This document shows positions 30,134-39,645 of a stretch of DNA of 54,216 bases, one piece after another. The number at the start of each line of letters is the position of its first letter. Position 1 is the first letter of the stretch. Under the pieces are notes generated by a model. It worked only from the letters and a program-made list of their open reading frames with translations, did not search any database and was not told the origin of the DNA. Where the stretch lies: the NCBI GenBank assembly GCA_008369845.1, contig MRSU01002629.1, positions 1 through 54,216 of the forward strand, in the 5' to 3' direction. Both the position numbers and the translations under genes were made by a program. This DNA comes from Trichomonas gallinae. Lineage: Eukaryota.

Positions 30134-31834
30134 ATGAAAATCTTTATTAGAGGTGGAATTTGGTCGAATGTTGAAGATCAAGTTCTCCTTGCCGCATACA
30201 TGAAATATGGAAACAACCAGTGGACTAGAATTGCGTCTTTAATCCCGAAGAAATCGCCAACTCAAGTCAAAGCACGCTGGGAGGAATATTTAGACCCAAC
30301 ACTGAAGAAAACACCATGGACACATGCTGACGATGAGAAACTACTACATCTTGCCCGCTACATGCCAATGCAATGGAGAACAATTTCGCAATATTTCAAC
30401 AGATCTCCATACCAGTGCATAGAAAGATACAGAGAACTGATCAGTAAAGCTACAAATACGCCACATATTGATGATAATGAGTCCGCAATTCAACATCAAA
30501 TGATGCCAAATTTCGAAACTCTCAAAGCAACGCCAGATGGCGAAGAATTCGAGCAAGATGAGCGTGAAATGCTTGAAGAGGCCCGTGCACGTCTCGCAAA
30601 TACTCAAGGAAAGAAAGCACGAAGGAAAGCTCGCGAAAGACAATTAATTGTTCTTAGAAAGATTGCTAGAATGAGAAAACAGAGCGAACTTAGAGCCGCC
30701 GGTCTCATCATCGAAGAAAAGAGACTCTGGGAAGACGAAGTTATCGAATTAGATCCTATAAGAACACATAACCCATTTGCTGTCAAATTCAAGACAGACA
30801 AAGATGACAAGGAAATCAAGAACACACGTTTGATCAAGATTAAATCGAAACAAAAGGCAGTCAAGAAAAATATGGAATCTTTAGATCAGTTAAAACAAGA
30901 GCTTGTCAAAGAAGAAAAGAAGCTTGATGCTCCAATCGATCACAGAAGAACAGAATTGATCCTTCCTGAGCCAACAATCCCAGATTCTGAAATGAAATTG
31001 ATTTCAGAGCTTCAGCATCATGATGCAGAGTACTTACAGTCACGTTCATCTTTATCATTGTTCGGTGGCCTACAAAAACAAGCTAAACAAACCTACTATG
31101 AAATCGAAGAAAATATTGAACCGCAACAAATTGAGTACAAGACTCCTGTTTATCAGAAATCTCTTCCACGTCCAATACCTCTCCAGTCTGCTTACATAGA
31201 GCCTGTTGGAAGAGTTGACAATTTAGTTGATTCATTAATTCGCGAAGAAGCTTTCAAACTTGCTCTAATGGACGCCAGAAAGCATCCAGATACAACAAGG
31301 CCACCACCAACACTTATATCGCCAATGAACATTTCTCTAGAAGTCGAATTCGTCACAGACGAGAAAGCGATGACGATTCCTTCATCAGCTCTTTTCGAGT
31401 CAGAGCGGATGATCAACGACGAGGTCTCCAGCGCAGTCAGGCCGTGGACAGACGAGGAATTCGTTCAGGAATGGGAAAGACAGCATCCAATTGAAGATGA
31501 TAATGTTGAGGAACCAATTAAAGTTATTTCAAGAAAAGTTGCAAGAATGAGGGAAATTTTAGAGATACGTTCTGAAGCTCCAAGGATATCATCTTCCAAT
31601 TTGACTGAAGAGATAAACAGAAGGACAAGCAGGATCTCAGATTTGCTGCGAAATAAAGATATATTCATGGCTATGGCGGAAATTGAAGAAAAAACATTGC
31701 AGCCAAGAATTGACGTGATCAAGAACAGAATCAAAGACCTCGAAACTAGACAAATGGAACTCAACAACGAAATCGGAAGAAGAATGATGGAGAAAAAGCA
31801 AGAAGAAAAGCTCGCAAAAAGGAACAAGAAGTAA
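30134..31834 (+). CDS. CDC5L: Pre-mRNA splicing factor CDC5L/Cef1 (Myb repeats)
   Basis: MKIFIRGGIWSNVEDQVL..YMKYGNNQWTRIASL, second Myb repeat, and EREMLEEARARLANTQGKKARRKARERQL. Confidence 0.95.
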   Translation: MKIFIRGGIWSNVEDQVLLAAYMKYGNNQWTRIASLIPKKSPTQVKARWEEYLDPTLKKTPWTHADDEKLLHLARYMPMQWRTISQYFNRSPYQCIERYRELISKATNTPHIDDNESAIQHQMMPNFETLKATPDGEEFEQDEREMLEEARARLANTQGKKARRKARERQLIVLRKIARMRKQSELRAAGLIIEEKRLWEDEVIELDPIRTHNPFAVKFKTDKDDKEIKNTRLIKIKSKQKAVKKNMESLDQLKQELVKEEKKLDAPIDHRRTELILPEPTIPDSEMKLISELQHHDAEYLQSRSSLSLFGGLQKQAKQTYYEIEENIEPQQIEYKTPVYQKSLPRPIPLQSAYIEPVGRVDNLVDSLIREEAFKLALMDARKHPDTTRPPPTLISPMNISLEVEFVTDEKAMTIPSSALFESERMINDEVSSAVRPWTDEEFVQEWERQHPIEDDNVEEPIKVISRKVARMREILEIRSEAPRISSSNLTEEINRRTSRISDLLRNKDIFMAMAEIEEKTLQPRIDVIKNRIKDLETRQMELNNEIGRRMMEKKQEEKLAKRNKK

Positions 31835-32438
31835 ATCGCTATATTATCCAGATTCTAATCAAAAAACGAATCGATGTTTGTTTATATAAAAACTGTATTT
31901 TTTTAATTTCTATAGGGTGTCCCAGAAATTTTTAATTATCTCAAGATTGGATAAACTTAGAACAATTATATTTATATAGATAGTTAGAGCATTGTTATGA
32001 ACGTATATATTCATAAGGCGGTTATATATTCTTGAAAGCTTAATGAGATAAGTTGAAATTTCATCATAAATCATTGACATCATCTCCATTATACATTTTC
32101 ATTATGTTAAACTTGCAAAATGTAATATATTATAATATAGAATTTTATAATATTGGGTGTAGTGAAATCTTTTGGACATCATTTCCATTATGCGCTTTCA
32201 TTATTTTAATAATAAGAAATATTATAATATTGGATGGAGAGAAATCATAAAATTTACCATTGTGGGCTTGCCTAATTATATTCTGAATGTAGAACAAAAC
32301 AATCAATATTTTAAGAAAAATATGCCATGTAAACAATTTTACACAACAAATATTTATTCATCTATAATTATTGATTTATATTTGTTCTTATGAGTGCAGA
32401 AACGTGTTTTATTAATAAATACGTGTTATTTTTGATTG

Positions 32439-34520
32439 ATGCATTCTCCTTCTGAGTCAAAACAAGTTGAGAATGCTGAAATGAATCCATATGAGAATAA
32501 ACCATACTCTTCTGAATATTACAGAATACTTGAAACTCGAAAAAAACTTCCAGTTTACGAATATAAAGAAGAAATTATTAATATTGTTCGAGAAAATAAC
32601 GTTTGCATTATCGAAGGTAATACAGGTTCAGGTAAGACCACACAAATCCCGCAATTTTTGCTTGAATCAGGCATTTTAAGTCCCAAACAATCCATGATTT
32701 GCTCTCAGCCACGTAGAGTCGCTGCAATCAATGTAGCAACTCGTGTTTCACAAGAAATGGACTGCATACTTGGTGGAATTGTTGGATATAACGTTAGATT
32801 TGACAATAATACAAATGAAAAAACACGTTTAATTTATATGACCGATGGTTTGCTACTAAGAGAGTTTATAACAGATCCTAATCTGATGAAATACGGTATT
32901 ATTATCATAGATGAAGCACACGAAAGAACAATTAACACAGATATAATTTTAGGACTGCTTAGACAAGCTTTAATGAACAGAAAAGATCTAAAAGTCGTTG
33001 TTATGTCTGCTACACTTGAAGCCACCAAATTTACAAACTTTTATACAATTAATGATAAAATTCCTCCACATTTGTCAATTCCAGGACGATTACACCCCGT
33101 TTCTATTGTTTATTCGGACAAAGATGTAGAAAACTATGTAGATAAAGCAATAGAAACAGCAACTCAAATTCACGAATCAGAAACAAGCGGGGATATATTG
33201 ATATTTTTAACAGGCGAAGACGAAATCGAGCACTGCTGCTCAGTTTTAAGGAAAAAACTCAAACCCGAGAATGCAACAAAAGCAAAGATATCTGAAGTCA
33301 AAGTTTTCCCTTTATACGCTTCACTGCCAATATCAGAGCAAACGAAGGTCTTCATAAAGCCAGAAGATTCGGTCAGAAAAATCATTGTCTCGACGAACAT
33401 CGCAGAAACATCAATAACGATTGACGGAGTTGTCTATGTAATTGATTCCGGCTTAGTTAAGCAGACAATGTTCATCCCAAAGAAGAGGATGTCTTCTCTG
33501 CATGTGACGAATATCTCTAGGGCCAGCGCAATACAGAGAAGCGGCAGAGCTGGAAGAACGAGGCCAGGAAAATGTTTTAGAATGTTCACCGAAAAATCAT
33601 TTAACGATGTTTTGCCTGACCAAACAACTCCAGAAATTGCGCGAAGCAATTTAAGCAGTGTGCTGCTGCTTATGCTTGCAGTTGGTATAAGGGATCTCGC
33701 GAATTTCCCGATGATCGACAGGCCGCACAAAGAGCTGTTCAAGGCTGCAATACAGGAACTACACTTTTTAGGTGCCGTCGACGAAAAGTGCGAATTGACT
33801 GAGATAGGAAGAAAAATGTCCATCATTCCTTTGGAGCCTGGATTATCAAGGGCGCTGCTAGCAAGCGTGGACTTCGGATGCACGAAAGAAGTTTCAGGGC
33901 TCGCTGCGATATTAAGCGAACAAGGCCAAATTTTTGTCAAACCGAAAAACGAAAAAGAGCAGTCCACACAAATGCACGGCCAGTTCAAGAACAGCACCAG
34001 CGACCATTTAAGCTTGTTGACTGCATTGGAGGCCTTCCAATATAACAAAACACAGGAATTTTGCCAAAAAAACTTTTTAAATTATAGGGCTCTTGATGGT
34101 GCAACAAAAGCTCAAGGCCAGTTGATTTTATTACTGCAGCGCCTCAAGATACCAGTTGTATCTGTATCTAGGATCAATCCTGACAGGACAAAGCTCATTT
34201 TGCAGAGTTTGCTTTGCGGACTTTTCACAAATGTTGCTTATTATGACAAAGAAAACATGGGATACATTTTCCCCGATAATGCTGACCCTGCGCCAATTCA
34301 TAGGGCATCCGGACTGTGGGGTAAGACGCCGAAATGGGTTTTGTTTTCAGAATATGTTTTCACAGATAAAGGTTATTTGAGAACTGTCTCTGAAATTGAT
34401 GAGAAGTGGATTATTCCATCATCACCCGATTTCTTTGAGCCATCAAGATTTTCCAAATCTCCACTTTTCAGACAATTGAAAAATTTATATGACAATTATT
34501 CCAAGAAACAAGGAAAATAA
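32439..34520 (+). CDS. PRP43: DEAH-box RNA helicase, Prp43/DHX15 type
   Basis: NPY..KPYS..YY.IL..RKKLPV (Prp43-type N-terminus), GNTGSGKTTQIPQ, DEAHER, SAT, STNIAETS, QRSGRAGR. Confidence 0.88.
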   Translation: MHSPSESKQVENAEMNPYENKPYSSEYYRILETRKKLPVYEYKEEIINIVRENNVCIIEGNTGSGKTTQIPQFLLESGILSPKQSMICSQPRRVAAINVATRVSQEMDCILGGIVGYNVRFDNNTNEKTRLIYMTDGLLLREFITDPNLMKYGIIIIDEAHERTINTDIILGLLRQALMNRKDLKVVVMSATLEATKFTNFYTINDKIPPHLSIPGRLHPVSIVYSDKDVENYVDKAIETATQIHESETSGDILIFLTGEDEIEHCCSVLRKKLKPENATKAKISEVKVFPLYASLPISEQTKVFIKPEDSVRKIIVSTNIAETSITIDGVVYVIDSGLVKQTMFIPKKRMSSLHVTNISRASAIQRSGRAGRTRPGKCFRMFTEKSFNDVLPDQTTPEIARSNLSSVLLLMLAVGIRDLANFPMIDRPHKELFKAAIQELHFLGAVDEKCELTEIGRKMSIIPLEPGLSRALLASVDFGCTKEVSGLAAILSEQGQIFVKPKNEKEQSTQMHGQFKNSTSDHLSLLTALEAFQYNKTQEFCQKNFLNYRALDGATKAQGQLILLLQRLKIPVVSVSRINPDRTKLILQSLLCGLFTNVAYYDKENMGYIFPDNADPAPIHRASGLWGKTPKWVLFSEYVFTDKGYLRTVSEIDEKWIIPSSPDFFEPSRFSKSPLFRQLKNLYDNYSKKQGK

Positions 34521-34928
34521 TTATCACAAAGAGTTCGTCTCATATAAGACTATATTTTATATATAATTTTGTTTAATATATTGTTTGAATATTATAAATG
34601 TGTTTTTATAGAAGAAATGTTATTGCTTTTGTCATATCACATTTATCTATAATTATGTATTAAGTTTCAGCCCTAGTTATCATTCAATATATTGTCATAG
34701 CAATAAAATTGTGTTTTAACTATATGGCAATTACCAACACAGTTGTTATTGATATATAAATTCAATACTAATGAGTAAATACTTCATTTTTTGTTTCTTA
34801 AAATTCAATTTGATATATTTTCTTTATTGACAAAAAATATTAGGCAAATATTATGATTATAGAGCTTATATTTATAGTAATATCATTTATAGGCTTCATT
34901 TTTTGTTTTTTTTTTCACAATTTATACA

Positions 34929-34955
34929 CCCCTGTTTTATTATGGAAAACCCTAG
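34929..34955 (+). promoter_or_regulatory. Paired CCCT(G/A) motif, 20-bp spacing
   Basis: CCCCTGTTTTATTATGGAAAACCCTAG directly upstream of the ATG at 34964. Confidence 0.55.
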
Positions 34956-34963
34956 TTTCTATA

Positions 34964-35491
34964 ATGGATTTTGACACTCCTCCTTTAGATGAATCAATCC
35001 GTTCTCTTATGCAGCCACAAATGCAAACAACACAGACAATGAAGCCAAAAAGGCCTCCAAATGCGTATAATCTTTATTATATCGAACTACAACCGAAAAT
35101 GAAATCAGAAAATCCACTTCTAGGTGGAAATGAGATATCAAAAATGATTGGTCAGCAGTGGAGTGAAATGACTGAAGAACAAAAAAGGCCTTACGTCGAG
35201 AAAGCAAAAGAGATTCATGATCAATTTAAGCGAGAAAATCCAAATTGGCATTACGAAAAGAGCGCTGAAAAACAGGCAAAAAGAAATAAGAATTTATCAA
35301 TTAATAATTTATTTGAAGATTTTCATGATCCTCAGCAACAGGCTGAAAATGATGCATCTAATAGTCTATTTCTTATTGGTGCTACGGCACTAGCTCAATA
35401 CATATTATCTCGAAAAGATTTACAAGAAGATGTTGAAAAATTCATCAAAAGCCAAAAGGGAGAATTCAACCTACCATTCGAGCCAATGTGA
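34964..35491 (+). CDS. HMG-box protein
   Basis: KPKRPPNAYNLY..EISKMIGQQW..MTEEQKRPYVEKA..H..ENPNWHY. Start placed at MDFDT; the upstream extension is AT-rich. Confidence 0.92.
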   Translation: MDFDTPPLDESIRSLMQPQMQTTQTMKPKRPPNAYNLYYIELQPKMKSENPLLGGNEISKMIGQQWSEMTEEQKRPYVEKAKEIHDQFKRENPNWHYEKSAEKQAKRNKNLSINNLFEDFHDPQQQAENDASNSLFLIGATALAQYILSRKDLQEDVEKFIKSQKGEFNLPFEPM

Positions 35492-36200
35492 TCTTCATTT
35501 TTTACAGTATAATTTATTTCAAAGGGGGAAATATATTATTGATATTTTTCATTTATAGACTTCTGTTATATCCTCTTTAGATAGACATTATACATGCATT
35601 CATTCACTATTTGCACATAAATATTGCGTCTATCTCAAAGAATTTCCAGAAAAACAAATTCAATTTTCAGAATCAATGTATTAAAGAGGTTCAGAGGATA
35701 ATTTTTACAAAAAGGATCAAGAAAGAAAATCTTAATATATCAAGGTAATAAAAAATTGTTTGATGAAAATTTTAGGATATATATTCATAATGCTATATTC
35801 ATTATACATAACAAAATTAGAATCTTTTCACATAAATATGCATAGATTTTTTATAACACATTTGAACAATGATTAATCATTAATTCAAGGTATTCTGTAA
35901 AGTTTTAACGGCAACATATATGTATTTTTAGATAAATACATGCATTTATCGTTATGGATGTGATATCATGCTACATTAATAATAAAAAAGAGATTTTATC
36001 ATCTTAATTTTTCGATTTTTTTTTATAACATCGTAATATATCTATACAAATTCCTGATATAACTATCATCATGCTTCATTATTGCAATGACCAGTTGGAA
36101 AATAATTTATATGATAAATTCTAATTTAATTCTAAATACTATCTATAGATTTGAAGAAAATTATAAAAATATATAAACAACAAAAATAATAATATGAAGA

Positions 36201-38699
36201 TCAAACTTTCCAAGACAAAACGCTGTCGCCATTTCCACGGACAAAAGCGAAAGATGTTGGAATGTGAGATATGAGTTTGAGCAAGTCTAAGTACATCACA
36301 GAGCTCATATCCTTAGGTGGGATGAAGAGCGTGCAGATGATCAAAGCCGTCTTCTTTGAGTGCTCTCTGATCATATCAGCGAACAAGATGAATCTCTTGA
36401 ACATAGGATCATATGGTATCTTTCTCGTGAGATGCTCGAAGTAGTTCTTATTGACAGCACTTGGGGTGCTTGCGTTTTCGTTGATCTCAACACTGATGAC
36501 TTCTGCTTTGATTCTGAATTTGTCAACAAGCTTCTCCATCCTCTCCTTTGATTTCGACGCAGTGTCACCGTTTGCTGAATAAGCGACAGTGAGAACTCTC
36601 AGTTTCTTCTTTAAGAAGTTCGCCATCAAAAATCCAACTAAGAGAGTCAAACCGCCATCATCTGCGAGCCAGTAGACATCGATGAAGTCTGACTCGTGGA
36701 AAATGTTGTATGGCTTCGTTGCCAATATTAAGCCGAATTTTGCGTTGAGAACGTCAAGGACCATATCATGGACTTCGTCAGCTGTTCTCTCGTCGATGTT
36801 GATGAAAACAGTGTTCGGTCTGAACGCGCCGACGCCAGACAAGAGCATCTGCCTCATCAAAGCGCTGCGAGGTGATTTTGCCAAAACAGTTTCGAAGAAA
36901 ATATTGTGTTGGTTCGCGTAGTATGTTTCTAAGTTCAATCTGCGCTCGACAGCCAAATCGAGGCCTTTGTTGTCCGCCATAACCTGGCTGATGATGCAGA
37001 AAGCCTCGTTGTGTAACAAAGCTTTGATGAAAGGAAGACTTTGTGTCTCAAATTTCTCTTCTTCTTTGACAACAGAAAGAAGGTTGATTCTGTATAACTT
37101 CGGGTTATCATTGATTCTCTGCGTGCTCAATGCGTGCGTGTAAGTCTTGTAGAAGGCCTGCGCTTGAATGACTGAGCCCCAGTTCTGCGTGGATCCCTCG
37201 AAGTAAGAGATTGAGTAAATGGCGGCTAATAGAATCCAGTTGATTATTGATGATATCCATGAAATGAGAATCTGCAGAACCAAAGTGAAACAGCTGCCGA
37301 ATAAGCTGAGCCACGGAGACCAGAACTTGCTCTTTGGACGCCAGCCTGGTATGTGCGACCTCGCTGCTATAAATGTGCAGTAGTTGATGATGAGGGAGAG
37401 TGACAAGAAGAAGATGGTGTTGATATTCGCAGCGAAATCGAAGTTGCCGATTCCGACAAATGTCGCTGTGACAGCCAGAGGGACAAACAAGTCGTACTTG
37501 TACTTAATCGGCGGAAGGAGTTGGTCAGCCGCTAAATCGGCAACAAGGCCGCGCTCGTAGCCAATCATGGCGATTGAGCGGTGGAAGCCGAAAACTGTGA
37601 GTGATGTGAAGCAAACCCACCTGTTGATGTTGAAAGTGAGGATTGGGGACACTTCATCGGCGATGAGGAAGCTCCTCTCACCGCAGAGACCGATTAATAT
37701 GATCGTAATGTGCCAGAAAAGGACAGAAAGGCCAAATGCGCACCAAAGTCCTTTCGGAATCATCTTTTGTGGGCGTTTTAGACGACCTGTGTATGCGAAA
37801 CCACCAGTTAAGGCCGTGAAACCTGGTGTAACCATATAAATATACGACATAAACTTCCAAATTGTCATCTCAGAGTGTGACCAAGCGTTTGCTCTAAAAG
37901 TAGCAGCATTTGGCCTGACAAATCCTTCTGTAGATCCTGTCTTTCGCGTGAAACAACCGAGAATAAAGCCAAAAATACCGATCAAATGAGTTGTAGTTGT
38001 AAATCTCAACGAATATGGGAAAAATCGTGCCAAAGGAACTGAAATAAGCATAATAGACATGGCTATAACACGAATATCGTTAATTTCTTTACCTGTGAAA
38101 AATCTTGGTTCATACATTGATGTTAATGACTCTGAATAACCAATAATGGCACCAGCAGCAGCAAGGCACGTAGACAAATCGAGGAAAATAGTGAAACAAC
38201 GACCAAGTTCAGGACCAATTGTTCTTGTGATAACATAGTGAATGCCACTACCGTCTATTTCACCATTTGTACCCATAGCAGAAAGAGATGTAATCAAAAT
38301 GATAGAAATGAAGCAAGAAAGCCAGATAATTGCTAATGAGAATACGATTCCACAGTCTCCAACCAATTTACCGGCACGAGTCCAATATGTCATACCCATT
38401 AAGTTGATAAATGTTGGTAAAAACACACCAGTAAACGCATTCATTGTTTTCTGTGTTTCATCGATCGGCGGCTCTTTTTGAATCATGCAATTATCCGTTC
38501 GCGCGCGAAGATCTGCAACTGTCGGCCTTTTAGCAACTTTCTTATAGAAAACTGTTGACGGCGCAATATCATTTGGATCCAAAAAAGCCGTAGGTGGAAC
38601 AGAAGTACTTTCGCTGGTTGTCTCGTTCGCGTTGCTCGTCATTGTTGTCTCTTCATCCAAATCTTCGAGCATATGTTCCTCTAACCTGTCATTGATCAT
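36201..38699 (-). CDS. Cation-chloride cotransporter (SLC12) family / amino acid permease
   Basis: FTGVFLP, LSAMGTNG, GPELG, PGWRP, NWGS..QA, RPNTV, IDVYWLADDGGLTLL and FVRGN motifs, with about 12 TM segments. Confidence 0.9.
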   Translation of the reverse strand: MINDRLEEHMLEDLDEETTMTSNANETTSESTSVPPTAFLDPNDIAPSTVFYKKVAKRPTVADLRARTDNCMIQKEPPIDETQKTMNAFTGVFLPTFINLMGMTYWTRAGKLVGDCGIVFSLAIIWLSCFISIILITSLSAMGTNGEIDGSGIHYVITRTIGPELGRCFTIFLDLSTCLAAAGAIIGYSESLTSMYEPRFFTGKEINDIRVIAMSIMLISVPLARFFPYSLRFTTTTHLIGIFGFILGCFTRKTGSTEGFVRPNAATFRANAWSHSEMTIWKFMSYIYMVTPGFTALTGGFAYTGRLKRPQKMIPKGLWCAFGLSVLFWHITIILIGLCGERSFLIADEVSPILTFNINRWVCFTSLTVFGFHRSIAMIGYERGLVADLAADQLLPPIKYKYDLFVPLAVTATFVGIGNFDFAANINTIFFLSLSLIINYCTFIAARSHIPGWRPKSKFWSPWLSLFGSCFTLVLQILISWISSIINWILLAAIYSISYFEGSTQNWGSVIQAQAFYKTYTHALSTQRINDNPKLYRINLLSVVKEEEKFETQSLPFIKALLHNEAFCIISQVMADNKGLDLAVERRLNLETYYANQHNIFFETVLAKSPRSALMRQMLLSGVGAFRPNTVFINIDERTADEVHDMVLDVLNAKFGLILATKPYNIFHESDFIDVYWLADDGGLTLLVGFLMANFLKKKLRVLTVAYSANGDTASKSKERMEKLVDKFRIKAEVISVEINENASTPSAVNKNYFEHLTRKIPYDPMFKRFILFADMIREHSKKTALIICTLFIPPKDMSSVMYLDLLKLISHIPTSFAFVRGNGDSVLSWKV

Positions 38700-39590
38700 T
38701 TTTTGATAAAACTAACGATAAAAAAATATTCGCACGAGTCATACGTGCATCGATATTCATCGAAATTAGATTTTATTTTTTTATTTTCAAAAAAAGCTAT
38801 CGTAAAAAAATCACTTGAAAGGTGATCGTCATAAAAGTGACTCTTTCAGATTTATTCTTCAAAAAGGTGACAATATTTAATTATCGATCAACGATTATTT
38901 TCGACTCAAATTTATTAAATTTAGAATATAAAAACTACTAAAATACAATGATAAATCGTTGTGAAACAAAATAAAAATCGATGAATTTATGACATTTTAC
39001 ACTTTACATTTGACTTTACAAAAATACGTTTGTCAGTTTTTTTTTTTCATAGAATAAGAGTGATTGTTTAATAAAAACTATTTCATGAAGTTACAATCAG
39101 AGCTATATCATCGAAATTATCTTTTAGGTTGATATTTATTCCATGAACTATGAGAAAGAGTTGGACGACTTCATGACGACTTTCTTTTGAAAATTCAAAA
39201 CTGTTTCATTGTTTTTATAGTTCGACCAAATATATAAGAATTTTTAAATCTTTATCGATTTTAAATTTTGATGCACGTTAAAAGTTCACAAAATTTGAAT
39301 GAATAAATAGATTTAAAAATTGTTTTTTTGCTTTTTGCATTAAGGCTATGTTGTTCATTGTTTTTGCGTTATAATCAATCCCAAGAACTGTTAATGAAGA
39401 TCATATGATGAAGTTTTCATTAAGTCTGATGTTGCTGATTTCGATTTAATCAATAACATCTATTACGGGAACTGTGATAAGAAATTTAACAACCTCATGA
39501 TGGTTATAATATGAAGCGTTAATCAAATCATCAAAATGATGAATTTTAGGAATGAATCAGATTTGTCGTCACTTTTCTAAAATTAAAATA

Positions 39591-39616
39591 TAGGGGCTAT
39601 AAAAATAAAGCAGGGG
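39591..39616 (-). promoter_or_regulatory. Paired CCCCT(G/A) motif, 20-bp spacing, antisense to the downstream gene
   Basis: TAGGGGCTATAAAAATAAAGCAGGGG; AGGGG at 39592 and 39612, 30 bp before the ATG at 39646. Confidence 0.55.
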
Positions 39617-39645
39617 AGGAGAATAATTTAACGTCAAGTTTTAAA

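Noticed and set aside
31900..32400. Short ORFs in AT-rich intergenic DNA (also 6024, 13318, 27300, 44370, 47569, 52027)
   Set aside because: I/F/N/K/Y-rich composition typical of random AT-rich frames.
39406..39438. Box C/D snoRNA-like words (TGATGA...CTGA)
   Set aside because: Too short, no terminal stem or evident guide, and such words are frequent in AT-rich DNA.
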